64,000 bases of DNA from Octopus sinensis (lineage: Eukaryota). Under the pieces are notes generated by a model. It saw only the letters and a list, made by a program, of their open reading frames with translations, had not been told where the DNA came from and did not search any database. The position numbers were made by a program, and so were the translations under genes. Shown here in pieces: positions 39,901 through 50,078 of this stretch (its first letter is position 1; each line of letters opens with the position of its first letter). The DNA lies in NCBI RefSeq assembly GCF_006345805.1, contig NC_043022.1, positions 11,904,001 to 11,968,000 on the forward strand, written 5' to 3'.

Positions 39901-41970
39901 AGGATAGCTAAATTGCTGTTTTAACTTTCTCCATCTTCATTAGGAAGAAAGAATATATATATATATATATAAACAATTGCCGCGCCATGCTCCAATCTGA
40001 TCTGGCAGTGTTTCTACAGAATGGATGCCCTTCCTAGCGTCATCCACTCTGAGAGTGTAGTGGATGCATTTTTCGTGTCACTGGCACAGGAGCTAGTCAG
40101 GCAGGCCTGGTATCGATCGCATTTGGATAGTGCTTTTTATGTGCCACTGGAGTTCGTCAGTGAACAGGTCGCGGTCTCAAAACAACGAAAATATTTTGGC
40201 AAATTAAACTTAAATGTCGAAGTGAATTTAACGGTTTTTGTGTATGTTTTAAATGGCTTATAAACACCTTCCACGCTGCAATTGTTTTAGTCCCAGCACA
40301 CGATCTCAAATCAGGTCACTTGCTATGCAAGTACATCTCCATAATATATATATATATTTTCGTAAACTTTCCCTTTATATATATATATATATATATATAA
40401 TATTATCAAGTTCCCTTAACTGGTGGAGTCAGTCAGTCATTGGGGTGTCACTCTAGATGCTTTTGCAGTCAGCCTCTGCCACTGATCTCTTTTGTCTGTC
40501 ATGCATAGCAGGTTCGCTGTGCTGTGACCTCTCCAGACCTTGATGTTGTCAGACCAGGGTTTTCTCTGTCTGCCTCGTTTTCTCTCACCTTAACGGGATG
40601 GGGTTTTTTTTTTTTTTTAACTGGGAGTATGACAGGATACAGGACTGTACCAGGCAAGCCTCTGTCTTTTTACCTATTTCTTTACTATCCACAAGGGGCT
40701 AAACACAGAGAGGACGGACAAACGGATTAAGTCGATTGTATCGACCCCAGTGCGTAACTGGTACTTATATAATCGGCCCCGAAAGGATGAAAGGCAAAGT
40801 CGACCTCGGTGGAATTTGAACTCAGAATGTCACGGTATACGAAATACAGCTACGCATTTCGCCCGAAGTGCTAACATTTCTGCCAGCTCACCGCACTTGT
40901 CTTTTTACCTGTACAAGGAGTGATTCCTGTCTGATGGTGTATTTGTTGATTTGCTGCCTGGCAAAGCTGTCCATTTTGTGTTCTGTGTTTGCGATGTGTA
41001 GCAGCAGCCTTGTGAAGCCCTTCTGCTGAAATATCTGGATTCTTCACTCCATATTAGTTGTAAGGATCCAGCTCTCACACCTTACAAAAGGATCAGGATC
41101 TCCGACCTGTGCATTCTAACTCATTGGAAAACTTAAAGGATTGCTTTTTTCCTGTACGTGGCACGTAAGAGAACCATCCGAACGTGGCCGTTGCCAGCGC
41201 CGCCCCGAGTGGCCTCCGTGCCGGTGGCATGTAAAAAGCACCATCCGATCGTGGCCGTTTGCCAGCCTCATCTGGCCCCCCCGTGCCGGTTGCACGTAAA
41301 AAGCACCATCCGATCGTGGCATTTGCCAGCCTCGTCTGGCACCTGTGCAGGTGGCACGTAAAAAGCACCCACTACACTCACGGAGTGGTTGGCGTTAGGA
41401 AGGGCATCCAGCCGTAGGAACACTGCCAGATCAGACTGGGCCTGGCGCAGCCTTCTGGCTTCCAGACCCAGTTGAACCGTCCAACCCATGCTAGCATGGA
41501 AAACGGACGTTAAACGATGACGATGATGATGTTCAGCTTTGTCCTGGCAGCTGAGGCCAAACTGCATCTTGTTATCGCCTTTTGAGACCTCTTTGGTCAA
41601 AGTGGGTCTTTGGTACTTGAAGGCGTCCATTTCAAGTCTTTCTCCATTTAGTATGATTTTGGTCACTGTTTTGGTTGTTACTGATAACCATTACATCACT
41701 GCCCCCCCCCCCAGCATAAGTGGTACTTAATTTATCGACCCTGATAGGATTAAAGGCAAAGTCGACTTCAGCGTAATTTGAACTCAGAACGTAGTAACAG
41801 CAAACGAAATACACCACTAAGCATTTCGCCCAGCTTGCTAACGATTCTGCACCAGCTTGCCGCCTTTTAACACAATTTTCTGTCTACCAAATTCACTCAC
41901 AAGGCATTGGAATGCGATTGAACCTGAAACCAGATGGATGCAAGCTGAGCCTCTTAACCACACAGCCACG

Positions 41971-42004
<34 letters not shown>

Positions 42005-44729
42005 ACTCTTAATTAAAGACTTGTTGTTTGCTGTGTTGTATGTTCCAGTATATCTTGTCAAGTGGTAAAGACTCCTTGGTCCGGCTGTGGGAATTGTCTA
42101 CGAATCGATGCCTCATCATTTACACTGGAGCTGGGGCCACTGGTAAGATGGAGCATCGAAGTCAGACAGTTTTTAATCACACAGAAGACTACGGTAAGTA
42201 TTTTCTGTGTGTGAGTGTGTGTGTGTTCTTATTATTCATATTTACAAAGTCAGAAAACAGCACAGCTCCCATGACTTTAGGAAACATTTTTTTCACGTTG
42301 AGAGTTGCCGAAGCATGGAACAAACTGCCGGCATCAGTTGTTAGTTGTCGGAGCACTGCTTTCTTTAAAACTTCCATGCTTCCTGCGATTCACCAACACT
42401 ACACCTGATTTTCTCCCCTCCATACACACACAAGCATGTATCTAACTCATACATTGTTCGCTTTCCAGACATTTTTACATTACTGCATGTACTTTATATG
42501 CACTTTCTGACAAGTTGTGGTGCACCTGAGCACTGTATACAATAATTTCATTATTATTATCAGTTTAATAGACTGGCTGTCTGCAGCACAGTTCTCTCTA
42601 AGGGAGCCTGTTTACAATACTGTGTTACCATGGTGATATACAATATACTGTTGTGTTTAGCCCATGGTCAGTCTTGCTAGATCAGGACTTTGATCAATTA
42701 GTTCATGTTCAGTCATCAAAGACATTCCAACTGTCGTCATCTCGTCTGTTATTCAAACATAGTGTATCTAGGACTACAGTACTTAATGTGCCCTTTTTGT
42801 TTTTTTGTAAATGATATGTTTTGATTTGCGAGAGATTTGGCTGCTATTTCTAGGTAGCTCAGCAAGTGACTACATAGATGCCTCTCTTGTCTCTTGATAC
42901 AGTTACAATAAAGACGATGATGATGATGATGATGGTGCTGATGGTGTAAATGGATAAGCGAGGTGGATGGGTGGGTGACTGCAGAATGTGAAGATAGATC
43001 ACAGTTCCTGACTGTGGAGTTCTTTGTGTCTCAGTTTACAGAGAGTGGTTGTTTTATCTACCATCACCATCACCATATACATACATATATATACATACAT
43101 ATATCATCTAACCTTCTCCCCTTGCCTCCCACATTCTTTATTTTCTCTCCTTGTTTCTTTCTGTGTTCCTTTCCAGAGACCACCTCTGGTGCTATGATAT
43201 AGCAACTACCCTAGTTTAACCCCTTTAGCATTTAAGCCAGCCATATCTAGTCCAAATGTCCCCCCTATTTTATGTTAAAACTGACTAAATCTGGTGTCTC
43301 AAGACCTACTCTACAATCACATTATCAAAATCTTGAAGCTACAATATTTATTTATTTATTTATTTATGCCCCCTTTTCAAGCCTAGCCAGGCTCATGGGC
43401 CCAGTTTCCCGGTTTCTGTGACGTATGTGTTCCCCTCAGCTAGATGGGATGCCAGTCCATTGCAGTGTTACTCAAGAAACAGGAAGAGAGAGTGAGAGAA
43501 AGTTGGAGCGAAAGAGTACAACAGGGGTCACCACCACCACCCTAAACTAGTAGGCCATGCTCATTCACTTCTGTCTCCTCTAGTTTATATCTTACACTAC
43601 ACTATTGTTCTTTCTTTTCCAGTATTATTCCCAGATGAGAAAACAACCAGTTTGTGTTGTTGGGACTCCCGAAATGCTGAGCGGCAACGCTTGTTATCTC
43701 TAGGTAAGTTGGCCTTTTCATGTCTTGTTATCCCTAGTTCATGCCTATTCTTGTTACCCCTAGGTAAGTTTATCTTATTAATGTTGTGTTGTTATCAGCG
43801 GTGTCATCATCATCATCATCGTTTAACGTCTGCTTTCCATGCTAGCATGGGTTGGACGGTTCAACTGGGGTCTGGGAAGCCCAAAGGCTGCACCAGGCCA
43901 GTCAGATCTGGCGGTGTTTCTACAGCTGGATGCCCTTCCTAACGCTAACCACTCCGTGAGTGTAGTGGGTGCTTTTTAAGGGCCACCGACACAGGTGCCA
44001 GATGAGGCTGGCGAACGGCCACGCTCGGATGGTGCTTTTTACATTCCACCAGCATGGAGGCCAGGCGAGCCTGGCACAGCCACGATCGGATGGTGTTTGT
44101 TGTGTAGGTAGAATAATAAAACATACCCGGGCCAAGCCGCAAAAATGCGCCTCCACCAATTACAAAATCCACGATATTATATAGTACTTATTTGTTACAA
44201 GTATAGGCGTAGGAGTGGCTGTGTGGTAAGTAGCTTGCTTACCAACCACATGGTTCCGGGTTCAGTCCCACTGCGTGGAACCTTGGGCAAGTGTCTTCTA
44301 CTTAGTAAAGAGGAACAAAATTCTGCTCAGCATTTTACCTGCTGTGCCAGCTTGCTGCCTTAATAATAATCCTTTCTATTATCGGCACAAAGCCTGAAAT
44401 TTTGTGGGAGGAGACTAGTCGATTACATTGACCCCAGTGCATAACTGGTACTTGTTTTATCAACCTCGAAAGGATGAAAGGCAAAATTGATCTCAGTGGA
44501 ATTTGAACCCAGAACATAAAGATTGAGGAAATGCCACCTGGTCTGCAAACAATTCTGCCAGGTTGTTGCCTTAGTAATGACCTCGGCAGAATCGACTTTG
44601 CCTTTCATCCTTTCGGGTCGATTAAATAAGTACCAGTGACGCACTGGGGTCGATATAATCGACTTAATCCCCGTGTCTGTCCTTGTTTGTCCCCTCTATG
44701 TTTAGCACCCTGTGGGCAATAAAGAAATA

Positions 44730-44763
<34 letters not shown>

Positions 44764-44931
44764 TAGAGTCTTCTGGCTTTTTCTAACAATTTCAGAATAT
44801 AATTTTTCTCTATTTCAGGCCACAACAATGTCGTTCGGACCATCGTCCATTCTCCAACCGGTCCGGCTTTCCTGACCTGCAGTGATGACTTCCGAGCTAG
44901 GTTCTGGTACCGAAAGGCAAACAGTGACTGA
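9796..44931 (+). CDS. CSTF1: Cleavage stimulation factor subunit 1 (CstF-50), N-terminal dimerisation domain + WD40 repeats; join(9796..9848,14435..14561,28103..28180,28733..28825,29575..29615,31620..31742,32524..32646,34345..34420,36144..36223,38225..38380,42049..42193,43623..43703,44819..44931)
   Basis: Manual translation gives hallmark CstF-50 motifs: [80 protein letters not shown]. All introns are GT-AG with consistent phases. Exons total 1289 nt, i.e. 1 nt short of 430 codons (see frameshift finding). Confidence 0.97.
10816..11036. mobile_element. MITE, probably hAT/Charlie-like
   Basis: Perfect 14-bp TIR cagtggttcccaaa / tttgggaaccactg; no clear TSD. Confidence 0.7.
11172..11460 (+). 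mobile_element. tRNA-derived SINE with conserved central domain (related copy about 31895-32140)
   Basis: tRNA-like head gctcagtggttagagcg...gagttcgaatcc followed by tgtgttcttgagcaagacacttta. Confidence 0.75.
14435..14561 (+). CDS. CSTF1: CSTF1 exon 2 ([41 protein letters not shown]), frameshifted as assembled
   Basis: Acceptor ttgtag|C and donor G|gtatgt. Homology switches frame near 14481. Confidence 0.93.
15185..15655. repeat. Compound (TA)n/(TATG)n microsatellite
   Basis: Direct reading; it is the expanded linker of a minus-strand SINE-A. Confidence 0.97.
15866..15902 (+). ncRNA. Minimal variant hammerhead-like motif
   Basis: UGUUU-CCGAAGA-A-GAGC-UAU-GCUC-GAAA-CAUA|AAACA. U4 is replaced by C. 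Confidence 0.45.
16004..16391 (+). mobile_element. Non-autonomous Helitron-like element
   Basis: A|TC 5' end, subterminal hairpin remnant cccgagcaacgctgg, CTAG|T 3' end. Confidence 0.75.
16555..16900 (+). mobile_element. Degenerate RTE-like LINE 3' fragment
   Basis: Interrupted LHWYGHVV...RGRSRKTW...W motifs. A smaller RT remnant (LEVDDGFRYLGD) lies at about 4340-4440 on -. Confidence 0.6.
17637..18040 (+). mobile_element. tRNA-derived SINE family A, full-length copy (more than 15 copies, e.g. 3222-3622 -, 4608-5023 -, 33590-33975 +, 36665-37070 -, 39232-39620 +, 52317-52695 +, 55640-56050 -, 63787-64000 +)
   Basis: Recurrent about 400-bp unit: head gtggctgtgtggtaag...gggttcagtccc (A/B-box-like), central (TA/TG)n linker, tail ...atgactgaaacaagtaaaag. 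Confidence 0.9.
21052..21436 (-). mobile_element. Non-autonomous Helitron-like element
   Basis: A|TC...cctgagcaatgccgggcgatactgCTAG|T; shares the 3' ~130 bp with 16004-16391. Confidence 0.75.
21777..23480 (+). repeat. Tandem array of nine 165-bp SINE-A heads followed by one SINE body
   Basis: gtggtaagtagc recurs at about 21789, 21954, 22119, 22284, 22449, 22614, 22777, 22941, 23106. Confidence 0.93.
26135..26313. repeat. 179-bp imperfect palindrome centred on a hammerhead core (Penelope pLTR-like)
   Basis: Arms meet at 26223/26224. The right arm reads CUGAAGA-A-GGUUGG...UCAGCU-GAAA-CGUU. Confidence 0.75.
28103..28180 (+). CDS. CSTF1: CSTF1 exon 3 ([26 protein letters not shown])
   Basis: (CT)n-ag acceptor, G|gtaagt donor, PGTGIDLE motif. 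Confidence 0.95.
28733..28825 (+). CDS. CSTF1: CSTF1 exon 4 ([31 protein letters not shown])
   Basis: ttttgcag acceptor, G|gtaagt donor, conserved YETCYVT. Confidence 0.97.
29575..29615 (+). CDS. CSTF1: CSTF1 exon 5 ([14 protein letters not shown])
   Basis: ttgtag acceptor, AAG|gtaaag donor, WD40 motif. Confidence 0.95.
29815..30192 (-). mobile_element. tRNA-derived SINE, distinct family
   Basis: Minus-strand head ggcgcaatggtccagtggttagggc...ggtttcgattccc; related fragment at about 43410-43540. Confidence 0.75.
30293..30355 (-). ncRNA. Decayed hammerhead motif (helix III apparently CpG-mutated)
   Basis: AUUAUA-CUGAAGA-GAGA...UCUC-GAAA-CACAUA|UAUAAU. Helix I is 6 bp and helix II is closed by G-C. 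Confidence 0.6.
30665..31164. mobile_element. Tc1/mariner-type MITE
   Basis: About 26-bp TIR cagggt(t/g)att(a/g)aaaa(a/g)taactccctg with TA flanks. Confidence 0.75.
31620..31742 (+). CDS. CSTF1: CSTF1 exon 6 ([11 protein letters not shown]...[12 protein letters not shown])
   Basis: ttccag acceptor, gtaagt donor, near-identical to the CstF-50 motif. Confidence 0.97.
32141..32447. repeat. 32-bp minisatellite, about 9.5 copies
   Basis: Unit tagactacatgttgtagtgtagtgtgtctata. Confidence 0.93.
32524..32646 (+). CDS. CSTF1: CSTF1 exon 7 (EVTSLDFHP...AYKSIQ)
   Basis: ttccag acceptor, CAG|gtgagt donor. Confidence 0.97.
32856..33440 (+). mobile_element. 5'-truncated RTE-like LINE fragment
   Basis: [18 protein letters not shown] and FAGHC motifs, (TGA)n tail, possible TSD aacatg(a/c)tgct. 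Confidence 0.88.
34345..34420 (+). CDS. CSTF1: CSTF1 exon 8 ([25 protein letters not shown])
   Basis: (CT)n...gcag acceptor, C|gtaagt donor. Confidence 0.96.
34758..34975 (-). mobile_element. Short HHR-bearing Penelope/retrozyme-like insert within (TA)n
   Basis: About 215 bp of complex sequence flanked on both sides by (TA)n, containing the 34801-34896 hammerhead. Confidence 0.55.
34801..34896 (-). ncRNA. Type I hammerhead ribozyme motif, antisense in CSTF1 intron 8
   Basis: UCCUUAUCUUUC-CUGAUGA-GAAGAUUGCAUA...UGUGCUGUCUUC-GAAA-CAUGAGUC|GAGAGUAAAGGA. Canonical core, G10.1-C11.1 pair, GUC triplet, helix I of 5+5 bp. Confidence 0.78.
35460..36025. repeat. Degenerate (CA)n-rich low-complexity tract
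   Basis: Direct reading. Confidence 0.9.
36144..36223 (+). CDS. CSTF1: CSTF1 exon 9 ([27 protein letters not shown])
   Basis: cctacag acceptor, TCG|gtaaac donor. Confidence 0.96.
38225..38380 (+). CDS. CSTF1: CSTF1 exon 10 ([17 protein letters not shown]...VFSRNSK)
   Basis: tttcag acceptor, AAG|gtatga donor, LWDGVSN motif. Confidence 0.97.
38400..38760. repeat. Polypyrimidine (CT-rich) tract
   Basis: Direct reading; begins about 20 nt after the exon 10 donor. Confidence 0.9.
42049..42193 (+). CDS. CSTF1: CSTF1 exon 11 (YILSSGKDS...FNHTEDY)
   Basis: ttccag acceptor, G|gtaagt donor. Confidence 0.97.
43623..43703 (+). CDS. CSTF1: CSTF1 exon 12 ([27 protein letters not shown])
   Basis: ttttccag acceptor, G|gtaagt donor. 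Confidence 0.97.
   Translation, partial: YYSQMRKQPVCVVGTPEMLSGNACYL
44819..44931 (+). CDS. CSTF1: CSTF1 exon 13, terminal ([37 protein letters not shown])
   Basis: tttcag acceptor, TGA at 44929-44931, C-terminus matches CstF-50. Confidence 0.97.
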
Positions 44932-45220
44932 AGTTGCTCCAGACTGACTCATATTGGGCCTCATTTTACCACCGCTACAAACCCACTGGGGTTTCTTATT
45001 TTGTTGGCAGCTGATGGGGCAAAAACACTCCCATCCCTTATCCTTTGATCAACATCATTCTGACTTTCCAACATGACTTTGCTTTTTATGTTTTCATTCA
45101 TCTTATTCCAACTCTCCAAACATTGTTTTCACACCATGGGTCCAAAGGAGTAAAATTTGTTGACCCCTTTCTTGTCAGCTTCAGGATATTTGCTGACTTT
45201 CCTTGACTGAGCTAAGACTA

Positions 45221-45700
45221 TAACATGTCCCTTAATTTTCATTGTCTTCATTATCAGCAGGTCCTAGGGGGTAAAATTCACCCCTAGGCATTAACATGTC
45301 CCTTAATTATCATTGTCTTCATTATCAGCAGGTCCTTGGGGGTAAAATTATCCCCTAGGCATTAACATGTCCCTTAATTTTGTCTTCATTATCAGCAGGT
45401 CCTAGGGGGTAAAATTCCCCCCTAGGCATTAACATGTCCCTTAATTTTCATTGTCTTCATTATCAGCAGGTCCTAGGGGGTAAAATTCCCCCCTAGGCAT
45501 TAACATGTCCCTTTATTTTGTCTTCATTATCAGCAGGTCCTAAGGGGTAAAATTCCCCTCTAGGCATTAACATGTCCCTTAATTTTGTCTTCATTATCAG
45601 CAGGTCCTAGGGGGTAAAATTTTCCCCTAGGCATTAACATGTCCCTTGATTTTCATTGTCTTCATTATCAGCAGGTCCTAGGGGGTAAAATCCCCCTCCA
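45221..45700. repeat. Seven 67/71-bp hairpin-containing tandem units just 3' of the CSTF1 stop
   Basis: taacatgtcc at 45221, 45292, 45363, 45430, 45501, 45568, 45635; each unit has cctagggg-taaaatt-cccctagg. Confidence 0.92.
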
Positions 45701-46194
45701 CCGGCACCCCTCTTTTCAGTTTTGTTTTCATTATCTGGTTTAACATCCATTGGTCCTACAAGTAAAATTTGTTGATCCCCACCTGTTATCAGTTTCAGGA
45801 TATTTGCTGACCTTACTCTGACTGGGGTAGTACGTTAACCCATCCCTCAAGTTTCATTGGCCTCAATATCTGGGTTAACATTGATGTATCCTTGTAACAC
45901 CCTTTTTTGTGTTAGGATCAACACTGACCTACTTCTGTCTCCCATTCATCAGACCAACATTGACCACCCATTAACACCTAATTCTCTCTCTTTCCTAGCT
46001 GGTCAAAGAAGCCCATCTTTCCAGACGTCCATGTTGCTTCATTCACACCATTTCTCAAACTGGTTCACACTACGTAAATCCAAAATAGAATTTCACATTA
46101 TAAAACAACAAAACACTCATTTTGAACTGGGCAAAACTGCACTGCCCCCGCATGGTCCTTAACATGTCTGAGCTGGTACTATTGAAAAAAAATG

Positions 46195-47533
46195 AAGGCG
46201 GCGAACTGGCTGAAACGTTAGCATGCCGGGTGAAATGCGTAGCCGTATTTCGTCTGCCATTACGTTCTGAGTTCAAATACCGCCGAGGTCGACTTTGCCT
46301 TTCATCCTTTCGGGGTCGATTAAATTAAGTACCAGTTTCGCACTGGGGTCAATCTAATCGACTTAATCCGTTTGTCTGTCCTTGTTTGTCCCCTCTATGT
46401 TTAGCCCCTTGTAGGTAGTAAAGAAATAGGTATTTCGTCTGCCGTTACGTTCTGAGTTCAATACCGCCGAGGTCGACTTTGCCTTTCATCCTTTCGGGGT
46501 CGATAAATTAAGTACCAGTTTCGCACTGGGGTCAATCTAATCGACTTAATCCGTTTGTCTGTCCTTGTTGTCCCCTCTATGTTTAGCCCCTTGTAGGTAG
46601 TAAAGAAATAGGTATTTCGTCTGCCGTTACGTTCTGAGTTCAAATACCGCCGAGGTCGACTTTGCCTTTCATCCTTTCGGGGTCGATTAAATTAAGTACC
46701 AGTTTCGCACTGGGGTCAATCTAATCGACTTAATCCGTTTGTCTGTCCTTGTTTGTCCCCTCTATGTTTAGCCCCTTGTAGGTAGTAAAGAAATAGGTAT
46801 TTCGTCTGCCGTTACGTTCTGAGTTCAAATACCGCCGAGGTCGACTTTGCCTTTCATCCTTTCGGGGTCGATTAAATTAAGTACCAGTTTCGCACTGGGG
46901 TCAATCTAATCGACTTAATCCGTTTGTCTGTCCTTGTTGTCCCCTCTATGTTTAGCCCCTTGTAGGTAGTAAAGAAATAGGTATTTCGTCTGCCGTTACG
47001 TTCTGAGTTCAAATACCGCCGAGGTCGACTTGCCTTTCATCCTTTCGGGGTCGATTAAATTAAGTACCAGTTTCGCACTGGGGTCAATCTAATCGACTTA
47101 ATCCGTTTGTCTGTCCTTGTTTGTCCCCTCTATGTTTAGCCCCTTGTAGGTAGTAAAGAAATAGGTATTTCGTCTGCCGTTACGTTCTGAGTTCAAATAC
47201 CGCCGAGGTCGACTTTGCCTTTCATCCTTTCGGGGTCGATTAAATTAAGTACCAGTTTCGCACTGGGGTCAATCTAATCGACTTAATCCGTTTGTCTGTC
47301 CTTGTTTGTCCCCTCTATGTTTAGCCCCTTGTAGGTAGTAAAGAAATAGGTATTTCGTCTGCCGTTACGTTCTGAGTTCAAATACCGCCGAGGTCGACTT
47401 TGCCTTTCATCCTTTCGGGGTCGATTAAATTAAGTACCAGTTTCGCACTGGGGTCAATCTAATCGACTTAATCCGTTTGTCTGTCCTTGTTTGTCCCCTC
47501 TATGTTTAGCCCCTTGTGGGTAGTAAAGAAATA
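46195..47533 (+). repeat. One full SINE-B followed by six 185-bp 5'-truncated head-to-tail copies
   Basis: Junction aaagaaata|ggtatttcg at 46429, 46611, 46796, 46980, 47164, 47349. The whole block is flanked by ggtactattgaaaaaaa (46175-46191, 47534-47550). Confidence 0.93.
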
Positions 47534-49437
47534 GGTACTATTGAAAAAAAGGAAAAAAAAGAGCAGGTGTCTCTATTTCCTTAGTATTGTTGACTGTGCC
47601 AAGACACTCAACTCTCCTTATCCACCTAAAAACAAAAATAGGGCTTAAAAGAGGGATATCATCTGAGCTTTGACAGCTTTGTATTATTTCCTTTTTCTAA
47701 GGGAGCAAGCTCGTAAAATTATTATCGCATTGGACAAAATGCTTAATGGTGTTGTTGCTGTTCTTTGTATTCGTAGTCCAAATGCTGCCAAGGTTGACTT
47801 GACCCTTCATCCTTTCTTGGTCGATAAAATAGGTATGTAATCAAGTTGTGCATGTAATCAACATACTCCCTCCCCTAAAATTGCTGGCCTTGTGCCAAAA
47901 CTTGAAACCATTCATTCTGCTGATTTTTGTCGAGAGAAGTTGGCATATAAAAGACTGAACGAGAGGGAAAAAAAATCTCCAGGGTGCAGACATGCCCTTC
48001 CACATCAGGGCTTGATTTGCTGGAAACAACAGTCAAGTCTCACTCGAAACACACCATGATGTTTTTAAAAAGGAAATGGTACATCAAATAATGTAGTCCA
48101 GGTTACAATATGTCAGAAAGTTGGGGGGGACCCCCTCCCCTGAAATGCTTTTAATCATCAAGTTGACAGGGCGGGGTTATATACAAAAATGACCAGTGTT
48201 GAAGATTGATTAAAAAAAAAAAATGCATGAACATCACAAAATCTCACTCATCAGCCAAAGAGCTTGTATCAATAATGTAAGGAAGGAATAGAGAGGCAGA
48301 CACGTCCATCTGTAATGAATGCACACTGTGTCTGTTCAGGTGGTATTTTATTCTTGAGCAAGACACTCGGTTACAGAAATTTCATTGAAAGAAACATCTT
48401 TGAAATGTTTGCTTGTATTTTAGTATCCTTTTTTTTTTTCTCAATTAAAAAATATTGAAGAAGGAATTTTTGTCTTTTTTTTTTCCTCTTTACACACAAG
48501 CTCTCTCTGGCACGTTAAAAGCACCATCCGAATCGTGGCCGAAGCCAGTGCCGCCTCCGAGCAGGTGGCACGTAAAATGCACCAATCCGACCATGGCTGA
48601 TGCCAGCCTCGCCTGGCACCAGTGCAGGTGGCACGTAAAAAGCACCCACTACACTCACGGAGTGGTTGGCGTTAGGAAGGGCTACCAGATAAGACCGGAG
48701 CCTGGTGCAGCCTTCTGGCTTCCCAGAACCCCGGTCGAACCGTCCAACCCATGCTAGCATGGAGAACGGACGTTAAACGATGATGATGATGATATATATA
48801 TAGGGTGTTGTAAAAAGTCTTTCCGCAGTAAGTATTTAATGGTTTTCGGGTGATTCTTGTACACTGATCCTTTACTTGCTCCCCAGGCAAAAAAATAAAA
48901 ATCTGGCAGTGTTAAGTGATCTTGGTGGCCAAAACTCTTGAAGTAGTGCCATGGTGATGCACAGGATGGGAAAAAAAATTTCACTGCGGAGAGACTTTTT
49001 GAACACCCTAAACACACACACACACATCACCCTAACATGCTCACATACATGCAATGCATGCCATCACAAACATACATGCAACAGCCAAATACAGTCAACA
49101 TATCTCCCTGCTGTGTGTTATGAGATCACTGGATTATGGCTGACCTTGGGCTACACAACAACAAAACCATTTTATATTCCAATTTTTATTACAATACAAT
49201 TTTTTTTTTTTTGAAATTTTTATTTTGTCATTCTTCTGTTGTTGGTTTATCAATATCTCACATGTATGTGTGTGTGTATATATATATATATACATACATA
49301 CATATATATTGTGTGTCAATATATGTATATAGATATTTTGCATATATACATACTACTACACCAACACACATATATACACACACTACTGATATATCGTGTA
49401 TATATATATATACATACATATATACTCCAGTGGTATA

Positions 49438-50078
49438 CAGGGTATCCCAAAATAAACTATTTTAGTGAAGTCAGACAATTCTTTTAAAAACTGATTTTTA
49501 ATTTTCACGTTTAATGTGTTAAAAGTGTATAAATTAAAAATCTTTTTTAATAATTTTATTTTCATTCCTGTTGGATCCCACTTATCTGTCCACAACATCT
49601 TTTTTTTCAATTTGGCTGCAGTCATTTTCTCTACGTCCACCCCCAGGATGGAGCAATAGTTTAGCTGAACCTAAAGAACACATTCCGTCAGCAGTGCAGG
49701 AGATAATTCCTGAAATGCTTCAAAAATGTGTTTCTCGATGTTAAGGATAGATTTGAAATTTACAGGGATACCAGCTGGAGCACATGTTGAACATTTTCAA
49801 TAAAGTTTTGTCATAAATCTATTTGTTATAAATCTATTTGTTTTGATACCATAATTAATTAATAAACATACAATTCTGTCAGTTTTTTTTAAAAATTTGA
49901 TTGATTTCATTGAAATAGTTCATTCTGGGACACCTTGTATAAGGTTGTCCCAAAAGTTCGTAGAAAGTCTTGGAAAATAATGGTCTTTATTTTGAGGAAT
50001 AATTTTTGTTGTTTTTGTTTGTACTTGGCGAGTAAAAATTCAATTTCCGCAAGTGTTTACGAACTTTTGGGACAACCT
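49438..50078. mobile_element. Two adjacent Tc1/mariner-type MITEs (49438-49937; 49942-50078)
   Basis: TA|cagggtatccca...tgggacaccttg|TA, and a perfect 21-bp TIR aggttgtcccaaaagttcgta. Confidence 0.72.
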
